Source of the DNA: Selaginella moellendorffii
Taxonomy: Eukaryota; Plantae; Lycopodiophyta
DNA length: 64,000 nucleotides
Assembly (NCBI RefSeq): GCF_000143415.4
Contig: NW_003314263.1
Coordinates: 2,606,041 to 2,670,040, forward strand
Direction of reading: 5' to 3'
This document shows positions 24,778-34,062 of this stretch, piece after piece (positions within the stretch are counted from its first letter, which is position 1; every line of letters begins with the position of its first letter). Both the position numbers and the translations under genes were made by a program. The notes beneath the pieces are model-generated. The model saw only the letters and a list, made by a program, of their open reading frames with translations, ran no database searches and had not been told where the DNA came from.

Positions 24778-26157
24778 ATGAAAAGAAGAGTGGATCCACC
24801 GCTTGACACGAGCAAGGTATGGGCTGCTACTGTCTTACAGCGGTTTCCATTCTCCGTGTTGGAGCTGGACGGCTTGCGGAGAGCCCTCTCACACATGCTA
24901 CCATTGGCGCTGCCCCTTGGCTCTGCAACTTTCGCACAGCTCGCCGATGATGATGAGATCGCTGCTGCCGGCTTCGCTCCAAACAGCCCGGCGGAGAGCA
25001 TCGTGTCTCTCACGACAGCGTTCATGGGATCCAGCGCCGAGATGGACGAGTCCGGGAAGCTCCTCGAGTCTGCCTGGGACCAAGCCTTCTGCAACCTGTG
25101 GATGAAGCTGCTCAAGCTTGCTGGGATAACGACTGTCGAGTTCAATCGCAGCATCGTGATGGACTCTTTGGATGGTAGCACTCGCGCCGATCCGATGCTG
25201 TGGACTGGAAACCGCCTGTGTGCCAAGTTCGAGGAGAGGCGGCAGTTCTTGCAGGATGCGCAAGAGAAGTTAGAGGAGAAGCTCGTCAACTTGGAGCCAC
25301 GGTTCTACGGCCCAGTGCCGTGGATCATCGGGGTGGCTCTGGCAGGCCAGGAGATGGCAGCGTGGGCGATGATACGGGGATCACAGACGCCATCGCAAGT
25401 TCTTGTGGGGCCTTTGAAACTGACGTCGATGCGAGACAAATTTACTTGCTTGCACTTCTCCATCAATCTCCTCCGGGTTGCGCTCACGCTCAAGGACGTC
25501 GCCTCCTCCAGCTTTGTGGATCGTCCAAGGCCGTTCCGGACGCTCCCGCCAGCGTTCTATGGAGCTGCGGACCAGATCGAGAGAACGCTCTGGCTCGACA
25601 ATGGTATGGCGATCAAGGAGATCTGTCCCTGGACGCTGCATGTCAGTGAAGGATTCACGACAATGGAGTTTGTGAGGAAAGCTTACGGGCTCCAAGCAGA
25701 GGGTATAGTTCCTGGCGAGCCGATGCTCATGAGGGACAGGTACAGAGTGACCATGAAGGCCGTGGAGTGTGAGCCGCCTGTCTGTACCGAAGTGGAACTT
25801 CTCAGTGCTGTTCTATGGATTCTTCGCGGCCTGGAGAAGTTGCATGAAGCGGGGCTGGTCCATCGGGATGTGAGGTGGGAGAATGTTGCCAGGAGCGGTG
25901 GTGGCTACGTCTTGATCGACTTGGAGACTGTGTGGGAAGCTGGTGGCGAGCCCGAGTGTTCGCTTCTGGTTTGGGGTGAAGAGACGCTTGTAGGCGATAA
26001 GTACATGGAGGAATCTGATCTGTATCTTGTTGGTAAGATGATGTATGTTGTGGAAAAACTCTCCCCGGCAGCTCAAGAGTTCCAGTCCAGGCTGCTGGGC
26101 TATGAGTTTGCATCAGCCAGAACTGCTATTGAGAACCTCATTGCTCTTCAGAACTGA
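24778..26157 (+). CDS. Crinkler (CR-effector)-like protein: PD-(D/E)xK restriction-endonuclease-fold domain + atypical protein kinase, copy 1
   Basis: Intronless 459 aa. RADPMLW..KFEER..DAQEKLEEKL..YGPVPWIIGVALAG, then kinase C-lobe LHEAGLVHRDVRWENV..VLIDLE..SDLYLVG. Confidence 0.72.
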   Translation: MKRRVDPPLDTSKVWAATVLQRFPFSVLELDGLRRALSHMLPLALPLGSATFAQLADDDEIAAAGFAPNSPAESIVSLTTAFMGSSAEMDESGKLLESAWDQAFCNLWMKLLKLAGITTVEFNRSIVMDSLDGSTRADPMLWTGNRLCAKFEERRQFLQDAQEKLEEKLVNLEPRFYGPVPWIIGVALAGQEMAAWAMIRGSQTPSQVLVGPLKLTSMRDKFTCLHFSINLLRVALTLKDVASSSFVDRPRPFRTLPPAFYGAADQIERTLWLDNGMAIKEICPWTLHVSEGFTTMEFVRKAYGLQAEGIVPGEPMLMRDRYRVTMKAVECEPPVCTEVELLSAVLWILRGLEKLHEAGLVHRDVRWENVARSGGGYVLIDLETVWEAGGEPECSLLVWGEETLVGDKYMEESDLYLVGKMMYVVEKLSPAAQEFQSRLLGYEFASARTAIENLIALQN

Positions 26158-28032
26158 AGAGCTTGGAGGACGAATGTTCGTGTTTGTTTTTGGATGCCCC
26201 TGCTGGAAACACTGTCATGAAGTGAGAGATTTTACAATCTCTAGTTTAGCAAAGGAAGTATTTTACTCAAAAATACTATTAAATCTTAAAGGAAAATTAT
26301 GGTTTAAGTGATTGAATCTGTATATTTTTATCATGGCAACTAGGCCATAAAACAATATTTTATCAAAAAAAATATTTTGAAATTTTGCAAAATAAATAAC
26401 AAGATTTAAGCTATGAATAACAATATAGTAAGTTGGACAAATATTTATGAACTAAATATATTATAAACCCTAAGCCCTATAAATTTGCTTAAACAAATAA
26501 AAAGTTAAAAAATTATATTACATTTAGTTAAAAAATAAAAATATTGTGGATTTATTACAAATTTGGTTGTTTAAGTATCAGATATTAGAATTTTTTACAG
26601 TAACTAATTTTCACAACTTATTTTTTAATTGATGTATTTCAATATCCAACTAAAAGATATAAAAAAGAGATACTCATGCATATTTTTAAATAAAAAATGT
26701 AAAGAAAAAGAGTCATTTCTCTCTTTTAAATATTAGTATAATATGGAAATAACTAAATAAAATTATTTTAAAAGTTTATTAATATATACATATATATTTG
26801 TATGGTTAAAACTAAACTTAAATATCCATTAAGTGTTGATTTATTTGATAATAATTGAACAATTGGGGTTGTTCGATGTCCAGGTGATGTGTCTCTGTGA
26901 CAAGGAGTACGATCACTCCAGGAGCTTGGCCATTGCAGTTGGAACTCCAAACATAGTATTTGAGGCTCTGAAGCGTTCGACGACAAAACATTTGCTATTC
27001 ACTCGACAGAAATCTTTGCGGATGTAGAAGAATTTGTCAGCAGTGCTAAGGGCGAGACAATAATATTTAATTAAAATATATAAAGTTTAGCAAAATTTAT
27101 GGTAATGTAATGATACTAGTTTTAGTGAAATTATTTTTAATCATTTATAAATTATAAAGTAACTTTAAATTTATCAATCAATGTTTCTAATTTTTTGTGA
27201 TTCAATGGCAATTTGATCGAGGATTTCATTTTGTCTGCAGTCGCTTCATTTAAGAAGACAAAATGTGTTTTTTCGTTCTCCTTTTTAATATTTGCTCGAA
27301 ATGATATTACTTTAAATTTTTTAAAAAATTTCACTTTATTTATATTTTAATTTCCAGGCTTTTTTCATCATTGTCATATAAACATAATTATGTATTTATT
27401 TATTTTACAAATATAATTAATATTTTATTATCAAAATTTTTAAAACATTATATTTTTATTATTTTGATAAATATTTTTTAGAATAAACTTCAAATATACA
27501 TAACTACATCGAATTTGAAATTTTTAGAAATTTTGTAATTTAACATGTTAAATATAATTCACATTGCAAACTAATATTTAGTTACTAATAAAAATAATCA
27601 CTCTATAGAGCCATAATACCAAAGACATTAATCTTCCTATAATATAAGCGACACTTAATTTTTATTGCATTTATTATAATATAAGCCCATGCTTAGTCAG
27701 ATAAATATATTTTATTATAAAATCAAGTTTGATGTTCTCAAAAATAATAGAACTATACTTTCAATTTTGATATACTTTATTAATTCTTGCTTCAAATTTA
27801 TTCTTGTTGATATAATGTAATCTGTTTTTCCTGAAACTTTTCTGAATGTAGATTAATAGTAGAAATAAACTTTTTTAGTTTATTGAGTAGTTTTGTTTCC
27901 ATACTCAAGATTCGAGAGGAACACTCGCCCATTGCAGCTCACTTGAGCAAAGACAAATCGCGAAAAAATATTTCTGTGCCACGGAATTATTCATATAGCA
28001 ACATAAAACTCGATTGGAGCTTTAGCCTATTT

Positions 28033-29184
28033 TCAGCGTCGATGATTCCTCCTGTGAGGCGGAATGTAGGGCCCTGGCAAAAAAAAATTTGAAGGTAAAG
28101 TAGTTACTCTCCACGTACTTACCATCGATGAAGCCCAGTGGCGAACGGTCTTTGAAGCAATACAGTCGGTACTCGTAGCCGAGTTTATCGAGCTGCCTCT
28201 TTACTCCGCGAGAGAGGAGAAGGCAAGCAGGACCAAGACCAAGATCGCGCATCATCTGGAAAACCGCATGGAAGGCGATGAGTTCAAGCAACAAATGTAT
28301 TTGACCAACCTCTTTTTTCTTCCCGACGACGACAAACGCGTCCACAGGCTTGGAAACCTTTGCAGCTAAGTAGGCCGCCCGAGTCTGTTGTGTAAGTGCG
28401 TCATAGTTGTGCAGCAACTCATCGGAGGCAACGTAGAGGAAGAGATCGACGTGGGAGGGGGTCGAGCCTCTCGTAATGGGATATCGATCATCCCGTTTGA
28501 GAACCATCGCTGGCCGCTGCTCTCCGAGAATGTCGATGAGATCGCATTGAGCTCCTTCGGCGATGTGTACCAGGATGGTCTTCCCAGTGATGATAAACGG
28601 GCAAGGAAGTTCTAGAAAAGAATATGGAAGGTTGAATAATCGGAAAGATTAGATTTACCTCTCTCGATCGAGACATGCTGGATCACACTAAAGAGCGGGT
28701 CGATCATCCAATTCGGAACTAAACACGTAATAGGAAGTAAGAGGTCCTCATTCCGGCAAGAAAGAAAAGCTAGTATTACCGACAGAATGGAGGAGGAAGA
28801 TCGTGGATGCCATTGAGCTGCAGAAAGCCGCTGGAAAGAATGTGATCGATCCGTCAAAGACGCAATATTTCGGCATCATCAAGGAAGAATTCGAGAATAC
28901 GTACCAAGAACTGCCATAGAAGCCCTGTCCGTGATGCTGGAGAGGAAATATGCCATCGCCAGGGTCTCCAAGGGGATTCCGACGCTCTCCCGCCAGGAAA
29001 TCTTAATCTTGGTGTAGAGCAAGATCGCTGTGGAACAGAGAACGCCGAGAACGGGCAGGCCACACGGCATCGCCGCCAAGTCGCCGACCTGGAAGAGCGC
29101 CACGATCGTAGAGCTGATGATGAAGAGCGCGATCCCTAATGCCGCCAAAGCGCCGAGCTTGGAGAAGAGCGCCATCGCCGCCAT
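28033..29184 (-). CDS. Uncharacterised multi-exon protein with N-terminal hydrophobic (TM) segments, copy 1
   Basis: ATG 29184, short GT-AG introns, 3-4 hydrophobic helices followed by a soluble region. No family recognised. Confidence 0.55.
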
Positions 29185-29502
29185 GCGCTATTCCTTCCCA
29201 CAAAGTGTTAAGGGCCAACGCAATGGCGGGCTGTTCAAAATATAGAAACGAATCTTCGCAGTATATGCCACGTAGGGTTTAATCATTCCTTTTCCCCTTG
29301 CCTGGACGATAAATTTATTTCCTAGGGCTCGTATTCTCAATGGCGGGAAGAGAGGCCCTAGCTAGCTAGGGCGCGCGGGAGCACGAATCGATCCATCCAG
29401 GTCTGCTAGGAATCCCCTGCTTGTGCGCCTGCCTCATTCATGTTCTTCCCAGTTCTAGCATCGGAGTAGTGCATTCTCGCGATTTTGAGCTGTGTTCCTG
29501 TG

Positions 29503-30840
29503 ATGCAGTCTCTCTCGATCGGGATAGGGCGCTCGCTTTTCTACCTTAGGCTGGGAATGGGGCGGACTCGCAGCGTTACCGAGTTTTTCCAGCCTCCCAA
29601 GAGGGTGAAGGTGGGATCGGAGGACTGAGCACAGGTTTTTCATACTGCTGCCGCTACCGTGGATGGAGAGGATGGGTCTGGATTCTCGTTTCGTCGTCTC
29701 AGCGATGAGGAACTCGCTCGAAAGTTTGACGATCAGAGTCCAGCTCCGAAGCACCAATCTTCCTACTCGTTCAAGACAGCTCTTTCAGTGGAAGAAAATG
29801 CCGAAGGAGAACAAGGTCCGAGCAAAGACGAGAAGATCCGAGTGGAAACTTCAGTGGAGGAGCGCACGGAAGTTTCAACGCTAAGCAAAGAGCAAAAGAT
29901 GCGAGTGGACATGAACAAGTCCATGGCTCTGGCCAGGAGAAAGCTGCGATTGTGCGAGGAGGTCGTCCAAGCTTGTAAGTGTTTTCTTAGTTCTTTTTCT
30001 CGCGTGTGTAACTTTCGTGGTTTTCCGTTCTTTCTCCAGCGCCAGGAGAATTCCCCGACTTGGAGAAGCTTTTGGTGGAACCGAGCTGGGTGGAGGTCTT
30101 GCAGGACGAGTTCAAGAAGCCATACATGGAGAATCTCCAGACTTTTGTGAAGCAACAAGCGGCCGGAAAAGTTCCCGTTTATCCACCAGCGGCCAAAGTG
30201 TTCAATGCCTTCAACTCGTGCCCTTTCGATCGAGTGAAGGTTGTTCTTCTTGGTCAGGTATGCATTGGATTTCCTCTCCAACATTGTCCAAAAATATTTG
30301 TTTTTCTCCAGGATCCTTACCATGGTCCAGGCCAGGCCATGGGTTTATCATTCTCGGTTCCAGAAGGCATCAGAATTCCTTCCAGCCTGCTCAACATGTA
30401 CAAAGAAATCCACAGCGACGTTGGTTGCCGGGTTCCGCTACACGGAAACCTTGAAAAGTGGGCATACCAGGGAGTTTTGCTGCTAAACACTGTTCTCACG
30501 GGTACGCAAGGAGATCTCTTGCTCGAATTCTTTTCTTTTCCGTTTCGCTTATTTCGTTTGGACTAGTTCGCGAGCAGCAGGCAAACTCTCATGCCAAGAA
30601 AGGCTGGGAGCCGTTCACTGACGCAGCCATCCGTGCCATTTCGAAAAGAAAGACCGGATTTGTATTTCTGCTGTGGGGGAACTGCGCCCGAGAGAAAATC
30701 CGGTGAGTGGAAAACTCTCGCCAGCATGTTTTGCATTCGATGTTGCTGAACATCCTTTCTTTCTTTGTTTGCAGTTTAATCAACCCAAACGAGTATCACG
30801 TCTTCAAGGCTGCTCATCCATCTGGCCTCTCCGCCCACAA
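29503..30840 (+). pseudogene. UNG: Uracil-DNA glycosylase, truncated copy
   Basis: GQ|DPY and HPSGLS motifs present. TGA at 29626 corresponds to CGA in the other copy. Homology stops at 30840, so the last exon(s) are missing. Confidence 0.85.
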
Positions 30841-31261
30841 GAAACAGAAGAAACAAATGTATATAGCTATGTTTAATATTAAACTCATAATATTCCCTTC
30901 TATGCTGTAGTTTTTTCCTTTTTTGAGTTGGTAGTGTTTGTTTTGGGGTCTTTTCTACAGTTGATTATTAATTTTGAGTATACCTTTATTACTTCTGAAA
31001 CTTGTTAGCAGGGAAGTAGTGTTGTTGCTAGTGTGTCTGGGACTGGTGTAGAATACTTCTTTATTAAAAAATAAATTCTCTCAAACAATAATATCTTAAA
31101 ATTTCACACTTTCATGAATGATTATCATCCATAAATAAATGGTTTAGTGAAAAGGCTCATCAAAACTTTTAAAAGGATGATCAAACATGAATATATATAG
31201 TTAGCATTCCTTGTCTGTGAAGTGTGAAGAGGGTTTTGACCCTCTTGCCTAATCCTAGGGC

Positions 31262-31320
31262 ATGGCGAGATGGACGCTGGTATTGGACCTAGATCAGACG
31301 CTCGTTAGTGTGTATTGGGC
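31262..31320 (+). pseudogene. Short fragment resembling the start of an FCP1/SCP (NIF) HAD phosphatase
   Basis: ATG 31262 reads MARWTLVLDLDQTLVS (DxDxT motif) and is followed by a stop within ~13 codons. Confidence 0.45.
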
Positions 31321-31379
31321 ATCCATGCATATGTCTTTTCTCTTCTAAAGCATCATAAACAAAGGTATTTAGTTGTCTT

Positions 31380-31875
31380 ATATAGAATAACTAATTTACA
31401 CAATAGAGGGATAAAGGCATCTAATTGTCTCATATGAACTAACTAATCTAAACAATAGAAGGATTGAATGGAAGGACAAAGATATTTAGTCCTCTCATAT
31501 GGAATAACTAGTCTATACAATAAAAGGATTGATAGATTTAATATGGACATGGAATAATTGATTTACACAGTAAAAGGATTGGTAAATTTAATGCAAACAT
31601 GGAATAACTGATTTACACAATGGAAGGATTGAATGGAAGGACAAAGGTATGTACTTCTCTCACATGGAATAACTAATTTACACAATAGAATGATTAGTAG
31701 ATTCAGTGCAAACATAGAATAACTAGTTTACATAATGGAAGGATCAATAGATTCAATGTGGAAATGGAAGTGCTAATTCCCCTCAATAGATTCAGTCCAA
31801 ACATGAAATAATTGGTCTATACAATGAAATAATTGGTAGATTTAATATGGAAATGGAAGTGCTAATTCCCCTTGA
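31380..31875. repeat. Degenerate tandem minisatellite (~50-70-bp units)
   Basis: Recurrent GGAATAACTRATTTACACAATRGAAGGATTG. Confidence 0.8.
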
Positions 31876-31899
31876 TTTAGTCAATGAGTCTTTAGTTGG

Positions 31900-33021
31900 A
31901 TTAAGGGGAGAGAAATAAAGTGCTACACCACTACCCAAATCATTAGGTAATCATTAGGTAATTTCATCCCATGATCACATGCGTTACACTCACCCCCCCC
32001 TTTAGCCCTTAGTGGCTATTTTATCCCCATTTATCCCCCAAAGTTCCAAGGATCTATGGTGACAGTATATCCAAATCTCATCCCATGATTACATGCATTA
32101 CATGATCTCATCCACCCGTACCACAGTTATTCCATATGAGGCAACTAATCATACACCCGTACCGCAGTCCCACAGTAGATACCTTTGTCCATGGATACTC
32201 CACACAAGAGGAAGGACGTACGCATGGATGCCCAATATGTACGATTTCAAATTTAGGGGTAAGAATATACCTTGCTCAAGGGTATATTATACTTTTTTAA
32301 GTAGCCACTAATCAATGGGAATCGAACCCGTGCCATTTGCTCCGATACCAATTGTAGCGCACTTTATCTCTCTCCCCTTAAGCCAACTGGAAAAGAGGCA
32401 ATTACTTGATGAAAGAGCTCTTAGTGGCTATTTTATCCCCATTTATCCCCTAAGGTTCCAAGGATCCATAGTGATAATATATCCAAATTTCATCCCATGA
32501 TCACATGCGTTACAATAAATGGGGATAAAATAGCCACTAAGGGATCTCTCATCAAGCAATTGCCTTTTTTCCAGTTGGCTTAAGGGGAGAGAGATAGGGT
32601 GTGCTACAGTTGGTATCGAAGCAAATGACATGGGTTCGATTCTCATTGATTAGTGGTTACTTAAAATATAATATACCCTTGAGCAAGGTATATTCCTACC
32701 CCTAAATTTGAAATCGTACGTATTGAGCATCCATGCATACATCCTTCCTCTTGTGTGGAGTATCCACAGATGAAGGTATCCACTGTGGGACTACGGTACG
32801 GGTGGATGACTAGTAACATTAGTCAATGAGGACATTGACATCTCTGAAGGGGGGGTGAGTGTAGCGCATGTGATTATGGGATGAGATTTGGATATACTGT
32901 CACTGTGGATCCTTAGAACCTTGAAGGATAAATGGGGATAAAATAGCTTCTAAGGGCTCTCTCATCAAGCAATTGCCCCTTTTCCAGTTGGCTTAAGGGG
33001 AGAGAGATAGGGTGTGCTACA
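31900..33021. mobile_element. Cluster of TRIM (miniature LTR retroelement) copies in inverted arrangement
   Basis: 162-bp TG...CA LTRs at 32353-32514 (-) and 32860-33021 (+). tRNA-Met PBS at 32339-32350 (-) and 32611-32622 (+). PPT GAAGGGGGGGTGAG before 32860. Confidence 0.8.
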
Positions 33022-33029
33022 AAATTCAT

Positions 33030-33383
33030 CTCATGCTTTATGCCAATAATCTACTACTCTTTGCTATAATAGAAAAGAAGATATAACAATAGTTAGAGGT
33101 CCTTGAGGAATTCTACCAAGACATAGGTCTCAAGATCAATTTGACCAAAAACATAAATTATGATCTTCAATTTTAAAGCAAGCCACACCGTGCTCCACTA
33201 TTAAGGACATGAGGTTTTACAAGTTACCACTTATCTTGGTTATTACCTTCACCATCAGTGAACATGGACCGCTTGAGTAATTCAACACAAAGCCATGGCC
33301 AAGTAGGTATATTACAGCCTATTGAACTCACTCTGCCAAGCAACTATCTACTAGTGGGATGCATGAAAAGAGCACTATCAGGC
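33030..33383 (+). mobile_element. Decayed LINE, RT C-terminal part (5' half, split by the chromovirus)
   Basis: LEEFYQDIGLKINLTKT*IMIF...YLG. Confidence 0.6.
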
Positions 33384-34062
33384 TGTAAGCCACAAATTTT
33401 TCCTTTCCAATTTGCCAGCTTACCTCGTCTATCCGACCAACTTTGCCTTGGCTTGTGCTAAGTTCCCTCGCCAAGGTTCCCGCATATGGTACCAGCTCCT
33501 ACTTGGTCCTACTTGGTTTCAGCTACTTACTGCACGAGCAACGGAGTGTTAGCCATCCATCTACGGATTCCCAAATCTCTCCCAATCCCCCTCCCCGGGT
33601 TAGACTGGACTTAAGGTTCGGCTACACTCCCCACAAGCACAAACAGCCAAGCACACCAAGCCTCCAGATTCCTAACACCCCTTGGTACCACAAGACTTGA
33701 TCATGGGACCCTCTAAATCCCAAGTCTTGGGTGCAGCACTTGCTTCGGGACGTCGGGGCGAAACACCGTGGCCTAACGGCCTGGTATGGGTACCTCTACC
33801 CCCCCCACTTCCATCCCGAAGGGAAGGCCCAAGCCCCTGGGAAGGGCGAGGACCAGTGAGCCACAAGGTACTCAAGTGGGGCACCACTCCACCTGAGCCA
33901 GGAGCACCGCAGTCGGTTTCCCTTTCGGGAGTGGGAGCTGCTCTTGAGCACTTCCCTGGGTGGCCCCTCCGGCACCACTCAGGCCCATGCTCACTCCCAC
34001 CCAAGGCCCCTCGGCCCCAGTCTCAACCTCAAGTCAGTTTGGAAGCACCACTGGAGAGTTCC

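Larger units (their letters stand above)
24671..30840 (+). repeat. Left arm of ~6.2-kb inverted segmental duplication
   Basis: Near-identical ORF sets occur on opposite strands at 24.7-30.8 kb and 56.1-62.8 kb. Confidence 0.95.

Noticed and set aside
32310-32335. tRNA gene
   Set aside because: Only a T-arm-like hairpin. No D arm, anticodon arm or acceptor stem is evident.
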